A stretch of DNA of 64,000 nt, from positions 9,891 through 73,890 of IMG/VR virus record IMGVR_UViG_3300001335_000125, one strand, 5' to 3'. The first letter of the stretch is position 1, and each line of letters opens with the position of its first letter. A program made the position numbers and the translations under genes. This document shows, piece by piece, positions 19,340 through 29,600 of this stretch. The stretch comes from a virus (lineage: Duplodnaviria > Caudoviricetes). The notes under the pieces are model-generated. The model worked only from the letters and a program-made list of their open reading frames with translations, was not told the origin of the DNA and ran no database searches.

Positions 19340-19488
19340 TAGATTTTATCCTCTAAACTACATTGGTTGTTATGTAATTTTCTATGACATTTTTTACACA
19401 AAGTGATTCCATTATTAATATTCCATAATTCATCACACAAAAGGGAGGCTTCTCTTGTCTCTATATGATATTTAGTTAATTTATTCAT
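19339..19488 (-). pseudogene. HNH endonuclease remnant (49-aa mini-ORF)
   Basis: MNKLTKYHIETREASLLCDELWNINNGITLCKKCHRKLH matches the C-terminus of the HNH at 20989..21639. Confidence 0.75.
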
Positions 19489-20852
19489 AATACCGAACCA
19501 CTTATGTATCCCTCTATTTTTACAGCCAAATATCCTGATGCTCCAGCAATTGGAGATGTGGAGATATTTTTTACATAGATAATCTTATCATTACGCATCT
19601 TATATAATGTAGATGTTGAATTATCATTACTTGCTATTCTGAGTGTATTTTTTCCTTCCCAGGTTTGATCATAAAAGGTTGGGCTACCTAATATTTGGTA
19701 GAGTTCTCCTGCTGCTCCGGGGGTTATATTATCTCTCAGTGTTTTCAGTTGAGATTTTGTAAGCCACGTTTCTATTATTGTATCAAAATTATCTACATTC
19801 CATCTTGAACACCAACAACATATATAGTTGGGTGCTGATAAAGAACTATTATAATAGATAAGTAAATCTTTATCACAGGTTATTGCTGGTGCAGTTATAA
19901 ATTCTATAGATTCACTAGCCCAATCTTCACCAGCATCCCAACCATTACTTGATACATACGCCGTATAATAATACTGAGTAGATGGTGTAAATGGTGTAGT
20001 ATCTCCATCAACAGGTAAAGTTACTGACCATCCCCCGTCGGTATCATATTTTAATAATTTAGATGAAGAGTAATGCCAAGATGATTTTGTTGTACCACCA
20101 TCTGTATTACCATAGTAGATTTGGGTATTACCCGACCCTTTAGTTAATATAGCCGTTACGGTTGCTGTTGTATTGCCAGAGGATGTACATCCATTATAAG
20201 TTGTTATAACTAAATCTGGGCCTGTAGTGTAGTTCCATGTAGCAGACACAGTAACAAATCTTTGTTCTACTGGAGAATTAAATTTTATTACTTGTCCATC
20301 AGTAGATCCATCTATGATATACCCACCATTACAACTATTCTGGTCAGTAGTTTCAGCCGCTCCAAATAGTATTCCAGGAGAATCTATAGTAAGCGATACA
20401 GGTTCCCCATGTCCTATTGATGCAACTATCAAATTCTCTGAATTAGTAGGTGTTACAGTTGTTGATATTGAAGTTCCATACACATGATGAGTTTGTATAT
20501 CATTAGGAGCAGTTTGAGCTACATCATAAAAATCTGCTGACTTAGCTGCTGCCCATTCTCCATTAGTTCCAAAAGTTATCTCCACATCATTAGTTCCTGT
20601 ATCTGGATTTAATAAATAATATAATTCCGATGTAGTTGCATAACCAATATCGTGTATAGTTTGTGATACAAGTGTCATAGAAGTGCCATTATATTTCACT
20701 CCTTGAACATAACTTGCATCATTAGACCCCTCAACAGAAATAGAAACAACTAACAATCTATTTGAATTAGTACTAACATCATGACTAAATGTTACTACTT
20801 CAGATGGGAAATTCCATGAATCTCCACCATCATCATGAAAACTAACACTCAT
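19485..20852 (-). CDS. putative receptor-binding or tail-tip protein with the shared C-terminal module
   Basis: beta-rich S/T-rich N-terminal domains plus the conserved C-terminal ~128 aa. Confidence 0.6.
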   Translation of the reverse strand: MSVSFHDDGGDSWNFPSEVVTFSHDVSTNSNRLLVVSISVEGSNDASYVQGVKYNGTSMTLVSQTIHDIGYATTSELYYLLNPDTGTNDVEITFGTNGEWAAAKSADFYDVAQTAPNDIQTHHVYGTSISTTVTPTNSENLIVASIGHGEPVSLTIDSPGILFGAAETTDQNSCNGGYIIDGSTDGQVIKFNSPVEQRFVTVSATWNYTTGPDLVITTYNGCTSSGNTTATVTAILTKGSGNTQIYYGNTDGGTTKSSWHYSSSKLLKYDTDGGWSVTLPVDGDTTPFTPSTQYYYTAYVSSNGWDAGEDWASESIEFITAPAITCDKDLLIYYNSSLSAPNYICCWCSRWNVDNFDTIIETWLTKSQLKTLRDNITPGAAGELYQILGSPTFYDQTWEGKNTLRIASNDNSTSTLYKMRNDKIIYVKNISTSPIAGASGYLAVKIEGYISGSVL

Positions 20853-20992
20853 TGGGTATCAAGCCCCAATCCTTCTTTAGAGTGTATTAATGCTCTAGAT
20901 ACATTAAGTTGTTCTGCAATTTCGTTTTGTGAAAGCAAGTTTCCTAAATATAATGAAACGAGTAATTCTCTTTCTATTGGTATTTTTTTCAT
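20849..20992 (-). pseudogene. 47-aa HTH mini-ORF, probable homing-endonuclease remnant
   Basis: MKKIPIERELLVSLYLGNLLSQNEIAEQLNVSRALIHS; ATGA overlaps at both ends. Confidence 0.55.
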
Positions 20993-21639
20993 AATCTTAA
21001 TCCTTCTATCTGTCCTTTATGTAATTTAAGATGACAAGATCTACATAAAGTTACTCCATTGTTAATATCCCATAACTCATCACAGTAATAAATATCTTCT
21101 AAGGAAAGAATATTATTCTTATTCAATATTTCGATAAATGAATTAATATGATGTACATTTAGAAGGTTACCGTTCTTACCACATATTTGGCAAGTATAAT
21201 TATCTCTTCTAAATACTAAATCCCTCCAATTCATATATAAATTTGTTTTTCTTATACTCTCATGTAAATTAGAAACTCCACCATTCCATCCACTAGCATC
21301 TCTTCCATGTGGAATTCTATTATCCACTATGTGATTCTTTCCTTTATTCCAAGGTACCTGTCCAATTAAATAATCTCTATTAATAAGTTTACATGACTCC
21401 GATTTACTCCTTATTGGTATTTTATATCTCTTGAGATTTCTTATAATTGTATGATGGTTTGTGTTATATATTTCAGAAATTTTATCTTTTTTGCTGAGAA
21501 GACTCCTTCCGAAAGGGAGGGGTAGTTGACGTATATTACTACACTCTACACTACAAAATATATGATTATTTGTTTTATTAGACAGGTAATCGTAAAATAT
21601 TTTACCACATTCCTCACAAATAAATTTTAATTTACTCAT
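20989..21639 (-). CDS. HNH homing endonuclease
   Basis: FRRDNYTCQICG..VHHI..NNGVTLCRSCHLKLH; WNKG and WNGG motifs. Confidence 0.85.
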   Translation of the reverse strand: MSKLKFICEECGKIFYDYLSNKTNNHIFCSVECSNIRQLPLPFGRSLLSKKDKISEIYNTNHHTIIRNLKRYKIPIRSKSESCKLINRDYLIGQVPWNKGKNHIVDNRIPHGRDASGWNGGVSNLHESIRKTNLYMNWRDLVFRRDNYTCQICGKNGNLLNVHHINSFIEILNKNNILSLEDIYYCDELWDINNGVTLCRSCHLKLHKGQIEGLRL

Positions 21640-22625
21640 AACTCACTTAACTCTATTCCTTCAATTTTCACAGAGTATAAATCTTTGTTTAAAAAGCTAT
21701 CCGATATTGACTTTACTCCAATAGTCACACTTTCTCTTAAAGACGATAATCCGTAACCAGATAGACATTCAATTTTTAATGAGTTAGATGAAGAGTATGT
21801 TGTATCAATATAATATGGTTGTCCAAGTACTTTAAATAACTCGGCTACAGCACCCGGTACAACATTTCTAAATAAAAAATTCCTATCACATGGACTCATA
21901 AAAGTTTCTATAGTATGGTCATAGTTCCCACAATCCCATCTAGTATTCCAACACCTAATGTCTCTTGTTGTCCACACGGCTCCACTTATATATGCATGTT
22001 TTCCTATAGTTCCATAATCTTTAACATAATCAGGTTTTTCTGCACCATTAAATTTCCAATGAAATGTAGGAGATAAATCTAATCCATTGTATACTTGTTC
22101 TATTTGAGTATCAGTTAAACACGTACCACTGAATATTTGAACATCACATATATCTCCTGTATATTCAAAAGCAAATGCAGCACATCCATATGCCCCAATA
22201 TAAAGAGGATATGCAACAGATCCTATAGCATAAGTTGGAGTGGATTCTGTTATATCTGTTCCATTAATAATTACATCCAGACTAGTTCCTACATCAAATC
22301 TCATAGCTATATGCGACCAAACATTTAGTGGTATTGCATTGTCTGACGTAACAGAAGATGTATTTCCACCAGTCTTTACTGCACTATATACTTTTCTATT
22401 ACTATCTAATCCAAGGAAGTAATTATAAGATGATACATTAGTACCATTACATACAACCCCTTCTGATTCTGTTGTAGTAGGTCTTATCCAAGCAGTTACT
22501 GTTAAAGCAGTTTGAGAATAGAAAGATGTATCTGTACTACTAGATACATAAGAATTTTCTGCATTATATGTTAGAGATCGTTGTGGAACCTTTATCTTCA
22601 TTGAACCTTTATTAGTTACACTCAT
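21636..22625 (-). CDS. LamG/concanavalin-A-like domain protein with the shared C-terminal module
   Basis: LTVTAWIRP, WSHIA, LYIGA, GDICDVQIF, LTDTQIEQVY. Confidence 0.8.
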   Translation of the reverse strand: MSVTNKGSMKIKVPQRSLTYNAENSYVSSSTDTSFYSQTALTVTAWIRPTTTESEGVVCNGTNVSSYNYFLGLDSNRKVYSAVKTGGNTSSVTSDNAIPLNVWSHIAMRFDVGTSLDVIINGTDITESTPTYAIGSVAYPLYIGAYGCAAFAFEYTGDICDVQIFSGTCLTDTQIEQVYNGLDLSPTFHWKFNGAEKPDYVKDYGTIGKHAYISGAVWTTRDIRCWNTRWDCGNYDHTIETFMSPCDRNFLFRNVVPGAVAELFKVLGQPYYIDTTYSSSNSLKIECLSGYGLSSLRESVTIGVKSISDSFLNKDLYSVKIEGIELSEL

Positions 22626-22906
22626 AAAATTTCCTTACTCTTATCTACAAGTCCCTCTTTAGATGTTATAGTTTTATCACAATTAATCTCTCCTTTTACT
22701 TCTAGTGGAGAATCAATCTTTACATTACCAGATATATAAATACTACCATCTATTTGTATCTTAAAGATGCTTTTAGGAGATTTTATTTGCCAAGTACCTT
22801 GACCTGTTGATTCAATATATGTTGAAGTATCTCCTAGATATATACGTTCTACCTTCATATAAGGTATTTTACTCTTTTCTGCTAATTTCTCTGTATATCT
22901 ACTCAT
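22622..22906 (-). CDS. hypothetical virion protein
   Basis: ATGA-coupled ORF in the tail operon. Confidence 0.5.
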   Translation of the reverse strand: MSRYTEKLAEKSKIPYMKVERIYLGDTSTYIESTGQGTWQIKSPKSIFKIQIDGSIYISGNVKIDSPLEVKGEINCDKTITSKEGLVDKSKEIL

Positions 22907-25900
22907 TTTGATTGTTTATACTCCAATTCAGAAACTTTCTTGGCTAAATCAAAAGTATGACGTCCATATACAATTTCTGTAGTAAATCCCTTTTTATCTA
23001 TTCGTTGTGTATACTCTTTAATATCAAACTTCTCATCTATACCAAAGTTTGTAAGATTTGCTGAGAACATATATTCATTTGACATGTCTGTACGTCCTGT
23101 TATTACGAATTTACCCTTCTTTGGAACTTCTGTCATTCCAGATACTTCTAAGTCTGCTCGTGCTTGTGCACGTTCAAGAGTTGTTATTGTGCTATCATTT
23201 ATCTTCTTAAAGTGTCTACCATACAAATCTATAGATTCTTGGTTAGTTGCTGTTGCTTGTATTTCTCCTTGTGTCCATCCTAGTTGGAACCTCATATTAC
23301 CATCTGGAACTTCGGAAGGATAAGTTACATTAGACGACCATTTAACTCCACCATCCCAAGAATAAGAAATCTTACCATCATATTCAGAATTAGGATCATA
23401 AAAATAAGACCAAAACTTTTGAGAAGAAGTTACGATTATATTAATCTCATCTGCATATAAGTTAGCATGTCCAGTGTAATCATCATTAACTCTAAATCTT
23501 ATATCTATCAAATTATATGAAGAAATATCTGACTTATCTAAGGTACCAAAAGTTATATAAGATCCTTCTGGGCGATAATAATATCCAAACGATGTCCAAG
23601 AATCTGTACCAGTCGGTCTCCAATATACCCATACTCTAGCATCGTCATCTACTACGTTAACTCCTTCTACATACAGACTAGTTAGACCATCCCATACAGG
23701 AATGTTATATGCATATATATAAGCATTGGCAGTTCCAGCATAATTAAGAGATCCGAATCTAATTTCATTAGTTTCAAGTAATTCAACGTGACTAGAAGAA
23801 GCATCCCACTCATCTAATGTCTGGTTGAAATCTCCTGATACTACTTCATAATCTTCATCAGATGGAGAAGAGGAATGTTCAAATATCATCCAATAAGAAT
23901 CACCAGTAGTTAATCCAGATAATTTTGGACTAGTATATGTTTGCCAATTAGAATAATTTGGAGCATAAGGTAAATCATTATCAGTGAATCCTATATCATC
24001 AGACCACTCTATTTTAGAACCTGATTTTGGTATACCTCCTCCTTGAGTTGTTTCAACAGTGCAAGTAACAGAATCTATATTAGGAAATTTCACATTTCCA
24101 GAACCATTTCCTAAATAATTACTACTAGGTTGTATACAATACATAATAACAAGATTAGATCCAGGATTAGATATTAATGTAGAAGTATTTTTAGTTAATT
24201 TATCCCAATTAGCCCCACCATCTAAAGATCCAGAATATGTTATATAATTTCCATACGTTTCAGTTACATCTAATTTAATATAATAATATGTCAATAATCC
24301 TAAGTCATAATTAATTGATTTAGCAGTCCCAGCATAAAATCCCTCATTTGGAATTGTTATTGCTCTTAAATCATAATGTAATAACTTTCCAGGACCACCA
24401 GCACAATTATCTAAATTATTAAAATAGGATTGGATACCTTGCGTTCCACTATAGTATACATCTACATTAAATTTATAATATCCATCAACATTAGGACTAC
24501 CACCATGTGCACCTAACCAAAGATTACTTTTTTCATTCATTCTTGTAGTCCAAGTTGATGTATTAGATGACAATCTAATCCAAAAATCATCTATCATTCC
24601 ATCTCTTTGTAGGTCATATTTAAGTTTTACTCCACAGACAGTTAATGGTTTGTCAGTAAATATACAACTATCAACAAAATCAACAGGTTTATAAATATTA
24701 TCAACTAATGCGTATGTCCCAGTATTATTATCAAACATATAAGATGGATTGCTATCCCAGTCGCTATCATTTATTAGTGTATCGCTACCATCAACATCTC
24801 TTAATACTAAACCACTTATCATTAAAGCTGTTGCAGCAATATCACTATCAAAATTGTCTTCCCATCCTTCAGTTATTCTAAGACCATTTATAGAATTGGA
24901 AGATAGTTTAGTTTCATCACTAAAGTCATCTGTAAACACGACTTGATCCAATCCACCACTATCATCAGAAATAGTTACTGTAGCAGAATCTATTCTTGGA
25001 GTAAAATAACCATTAGATGAGAATTTATATTTAATATATGAACCTGCTGAAGATTCACTTCCAAAGTCTACCCAAGAACCATCTGTCATAGTTTTCCAAG
25101 TAGTTCCGCCATCATTCGTACCAGAGATATAAATTCGTTGGCTAGATACTACTCCTTCTAAATCGACTCTCATGTATTGTGTATCGTGTGTATAAGAATT
25201 AGATGAAGCATATCCTGTATCTGTCTTGAACTCTAACAAATCAAAAGTCATCCAACATTTACTTGTAGTTCCTCCTCCGTCATCAACCCATATAGTATAA
25301 TATCCATCATATTGACATTTATTGTGATCAGTAGCAGTTGCTATTTGTTCTATCCATACATTAGTATTAAAATCCCAATTTCCACCTAAAACAAGACAAA
25401 CAAATTCATCACTGTTAACTCTTACTTGTCTCGGATAGTAATATACCCAATCCCCAACTTTACATGTTCCTGATGTATATGCTTGACTTATATCAGGCTT
25501 ACCATCAGAACCACTCGGACAAATATAATATATTCCATTACGAGTAATAAATCCTCTGGTTCTAAATCTATGAAAACATCCATCGACATGAGATTTATGT
25601 CCAAACTCCCACTTTTTAGCACTGTGAGTTCCGCCAGCTTTACTCGGCCAAGATGCACGACAAGATGAAACTACAGATAACATCAAGAAATTATCTGTTG
25701 GTTCCAAATTAGTAGTTGTTGATAAATAATCTTCATTAGTAAAATCATCCTCAAAAACAACCATTTCTGTGTTTTCCCATATCTCAAACAATAATTCACT
25801 AGGAGCATCGTCTCCAGTACTTCTATTTAGATATAATCTAACAGCAGATAATACTGGATCTTCTGCATTAAATCTTTGAGCTATTAGTACTCCAGATGGA

Positions 25901-26598
25901 AATATTTTGGATGAAGTAGCCTTTGGAGATACTGTTGTTTTGACAGAATAATCACTACCTCCTAATACAAGTACATCATTAACTATATCTTCATCGGACT
26001 CTTCTATAGGATCCATTTCTATAATATTAGATTCTGTAACTGTAAAAGATGATGTAGTATTTGTATTCTTATAGTAATGTAATTCACCATTATTAACATA
26101 GAAACTATAACCATCTATATTAGTTAATTCTATAAGGGCATCCCCTACAGTAAGATTTGATAAATCTAAATCGTTAGTTAAATCTTCACCTGCGTCCATA
26201 TCGAATTGGTAAGCAGTAATATTTTCACAATAAGATGATACTAAACTAGATGCTATATAGAGAGTAGTTCCTGAGTAGAGTGCATATTCATCTGTATGAT
26301 ATCTCCATAAATCATATGTCTCTCCTATAAGTTGATAACGAGTAAGTGCTTTTCCTTTATTTATAGTTTGTTCTCGGCTAGATATATATCCAGAGAATTG
26401 TTGAGTATTATTTATTGTAACTAATACTGTATCATTAATATTATGTTGAGTTGCTACATCATAAAGTTCTATAAATCCAGATTGATAGTATTCATTGTCT
26501 GAATTAGATACTTCTAACATAGATAAATTATCACCTTTTGTATAGGTGGTTGCATCAATTTCACCCGAATTTATATAGATACTAAATGTTGTTGCCAT
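22903..26598 (-). CDS. baseplate hub / tail-tip protein with large inserted domains
   Basis: follows the tape measure gene; N-terminal hub-like region (GYSFYVNNGELHY, DIVNDVLVLGG) and C-terminal SIDLYG..ITTLERAQARA. Confidence 0.7.
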   Translation of the reverse strand: MATTFSIYINSGEIDATTYTKGDNLSMLEVSNSDNEYYQSGFIELYDVATQHNINDTVLVTINNTQQFSGYISSREQTINKGKALTRYQLIGETYDLWRYHTDEYALYSGTTLYIASSLVSSYCENITAYQFDMDAGEDLTNDLDLSNLTVGDALIELTNIDGYSFYVNNGELHYYKNTNTTSSFTVTESNIIEMDPIEESDEDIVNDVLVLGGSDYSVKTTVSPKATSSKIFPSGVLIAQRFNAEDPVLSAVRLYLNRSTGDDAPSELLFEIWENTEMVVFEDDFTNEDYLSTTTNLEPTDNFLMLSVVSSCRASWPSKAGGTHSAKKWEFGHKSHVDGCFHRFRTRGFITRNGIYYICPSGSDGKPDISQAYTSGTCKVGDWVYYYPRQVRVNSDEFVCLVLGGNWDFNTNVWIEQIATATDHNKCQYDGYYTIWVDDGGGTTSKCWMTFDLLEFKTDTGYASSNSYTHDTQYMRVDLEGVVSSQRIYISGTNDGGTTWKTMTDGSWVDFGSESSAGSYIKYKFSSNGYFTPRIDSATVTISDDSGGLDQVVFTDDFSDETKLSSNSINGLRITEGWEDNFDSDIAATALMISGLVLRDVDGSDTLINDSDWDSNPSYMFDNNTGTYALVDNIYKPVDFVDSCIFTDKPLTVCGVKLKYDLQRDGMIDDFWIRLSSNTSTWTTRMNEKSNLWLGAHGGSPNVDGYYKFNVDVYYSGTQGIQSYFNNLDNCAGGPGKLLHYDLRAITIPNEGFYAGTAKSINYDLGLLTYYYIKLDVTETYGNYITYSGSLDGGANWDKLTKNTSTLISNPGSNLVIMYCIQPSSNYLGNGSGNVKFPNIDSVTCTVETTQGGGIPKSGSKIEWSDDIGFTDNDLPYAPNYSNWQTYTSPKLSGLTTGDSYWMIFEHSSSPSDEDYEVVSGDFNQTLDEWDASSSHVELLETNEIRFGSLNYAGTANAYIYAYNIPVWDGLTSLYVEGVNVVDDDARVWVYWRPTGTDSWTSFGYYYRPEGSYITFGTLDKSDISSYNLIDIRFRVNDDYTGHANLYADEINIIVTSSQKFWSYFYDPNSEYDGKISYSWDGGVKWSSNVTYPSEVPDGNMRFQLGWTQGEIQATATNQESIDLYGRHFKKINDSTITTLERAQARADLEVSGMTEVPKKGKFVITGRTDMSNEYMFSANLTNFGIDEKFDIKEYTQRIDKKGFTTEIVYGRHTFDLAKKVSELEYKQSK

Positions 26599-26606
26599 TA
26601 ATTACC

Positions 26607-29600
26607 TCATCTAGATGAACTACGATATTTGTATTTCAAACTTTTAGCCAGTTCTTCTGTGTTGTTGGCTTGAACATATACAGGACCTAATACATTGTAA
26701 TTCTCATTATAATTTTCTTCATTAGCTATTTGTTGTTGACCACCACCAGTAAATAGTGCTCCCTGTTGGAACATTAAGTCTGGATAATACTCTGGAATGA
26801 TATGTTTAAGAAGTTGTTCACCATATTTTCTATTTGAACCCTCTAGAGGAATAATTGCCTCTGCTCCAGCCTCACCAAACATTCCAAGAGTTGGTGATGA
26901 ATATATTCCTCCTTGTGCATTTTGACGTACAGTTACAGATACTCTTATATTTCTTACTTTCTTTGCAAATGTATCTGCAGCACTAATAACTTTTTGAAAT
27001 AGAAGAATTCCTCCTACCTTTGCCGAAGTTGCAAGGAACGTTCCTGAATCACTAATAGAGGTTGATACGGATGATGTATTAGAGTAAAATTCAATTCCTG
27101 CAGAATCAACTAATCCTTTAAATGCAGAACTAGCTTCTGATAATGTTCCTGACATCATACTAACTGCATCCGTGCTTCCTTGTATAAATGATAAGATTGC
27201 ATTATTAAAATCATTAGCATCTACATAGATATTTACATTAACTACTTTACCACCTTGCCTTATATCTGCAGATGCTCCTAATGCTCCGGTACCTCCTTCT
27301 TCAGTTGTTGTAGATGTTACTGGTACCGAGATACCCATACGTGGAGTATATACAGGCTCTTCACCAATTTCTCCACCAGATATTCCAGTTAAAATACCTT
27401 CTATGTTATCTTTTAAGATTGTATAGATGTCTTTAAGAGTAGATAGCATATCATCAAATAATGTGGATTTATTAAGACCAGTCTCTCCATTATCTCCTAT
27501 TCCTACTACTCCCCCTTCAGCCATCATTGCTAAGTCTGGGAAGTAGCGGGGTATTATTTGTTGTAAGATGTTCTTACCATATTTGCGGTTAGAGCCTTCT
27601 AGAGGTATGACAGCTTCAGCACCATCCTCACCAATAATCGCTTGTTGAGGACTGGTTGTTATTCCTCCTTTTGCTTTCGGAATATAATTCTCATCTCCGT
27701 ATTGAATATGACCAAATAATCCAGGAAATATATCAGCGAATGATTGTTGTAAATTATCCCAAAATGATGGGGTACTGGATGCTTTATTATTAAAATATGT
27801 TTCTATCTCTAGTATAACCTTAGTTCTTTCTTCAGCTGGTAATTTATCAATTTCATCCCACAAGTCTTCAAGTGACTTCTTTGCATTATCAGAAGCAGTT
27901 ATTGCTGCGGAAGTATCAAATGTAAATGTATGGGTGTTTGTAATCCAATCATATACGTTTCCAAGAAGTCCCGGTTTAAAAAACTTAGCTAATTGTGGAT
28001 TATCTGCTGTTGGAAATCCAGCCTCTGATAAACTAGTTTCTAGCTCTGCGTTGATGTCTTCTATCGTTCCTATTGCTTCTGATGCAGATAAATCAAATCC
28101 ATACTCTTGCGATAATAATGTTATTAACTCATCTAATTTACTTATTAATCCATCTTCTCCGCCCAATGACTCTGTTAGGGTTCCTATTTTAGTAGCAACC
28201 TCATCTAATCCAGTTGTATCTCGTATATCTGATAGATTAGTTCCTACACTAGATAGCACATCATCTAATGTACCTAGATTAGACATATCTGGTAATGCTA
28301 AGATGTTCTCAAGTGACATTCCTTTTTTAATATCAACACCAAATCTTGACGCTGCAGTTGTTATAAGAGTTGCTGCTATAATTTGTTGTGCTGTAAAATC
28401 TTCAACTTGATCTTTTCCCTCTCCATACATAGTATTAAGAAAGTCAAGATTTGATGCATACATTGAAATAACACTATTAACTTCTGGAATGTTTGCTCTA
28501 AGATTTCTTAATGCAAGATTAGTATCCCATACCTCTTCTGCTCCATATACAACCAAATCAATTATTTGTGCATCTTGTAATCCATTTTGACTCCAACTAT
28601 CAATAACATTATCTAATATTTGTAATGTTGATATTGCATCAGTATCTCCCTCTACTCCTAAATTTATTAATAATTCTGGAGTTAATTCTAATTCATCTCC
28701 TATAAGATTACTAACTACATTCTGAATATTTAAGTCCTCTATACTGGATAAATCTGGTGGTAGAAATCCAGGAAACTCTAATGTTGGAGCATGTATATCC
28801 CATAATGAAGTAAATAAAGGAACTAAGTCAGTATATGTTGATTTTAATTCATCTTCTATATCTTCCTTTACTAATAATTCAACGTTTATTTCTAGGGGAA
28901 GTGATTCTACATCTGTCCATGCAGCCATTATCTTTTCTGGTAATGTTTCAAATGCTTCCATTGCTTCGACAATTGGCTCTACAATACCTTCAAATGCATC
29001 TGTATTTACTTCAAACATATATTCCTTTTCAGCAAAATCAGCTAATATATGTAATTCCGAAGAATCTAAAGATGGTATATTTAGACTTCCAAAAGCAATA
29101 TCAAATGCAGTTGCAGCATCAACCCCTTCGTCTCTAAGCTCTTTATAATATTCCTGTGCCTCTTCTACTCTTTTACGTTCATTTTCTGATAAATCATCCA
29201 TAACATTAAAATATGCAATGCGTGATTTAAACAACTCTGCCTCAGCAATCTTCATCTCCTTATAACCATCGATTATTTCATCATTAACTAATCCATATTC
29301 TGCTAATGCTTGGAATAACTCATCTAATCTCTTTGGTTGTTCTTGTCTTAGTTTATATAACTTCTCCTCAGCTTCAAGAAGTTTAAGCATTTGTTCCCAT
29401 AAATCCTTGGTATTTGCTTCAAACATCTCTGTCCAGTTTGCTTCTACATTTAAAAGATGTGCATGACGAGCCCTTAACTCAGCAAGCTCTTCTTGTTGAC
29501 TAATTATAAGTTGATTGGTCTCATAAATGTCCTGTGCAACATTTAGTCTTTTCTTTTCTACACTTGATAAATCACTCATACTTGTAGTATATGTTTTAGT

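Noticed and set aside
17297-22625. Diversity-generating retroelement (TR/VR) behind the repeated tail modules
   Set aside because: No reverse transcriptase in the window; the copies are in-frame protein paralogs diverged at all base types, not only adenines.
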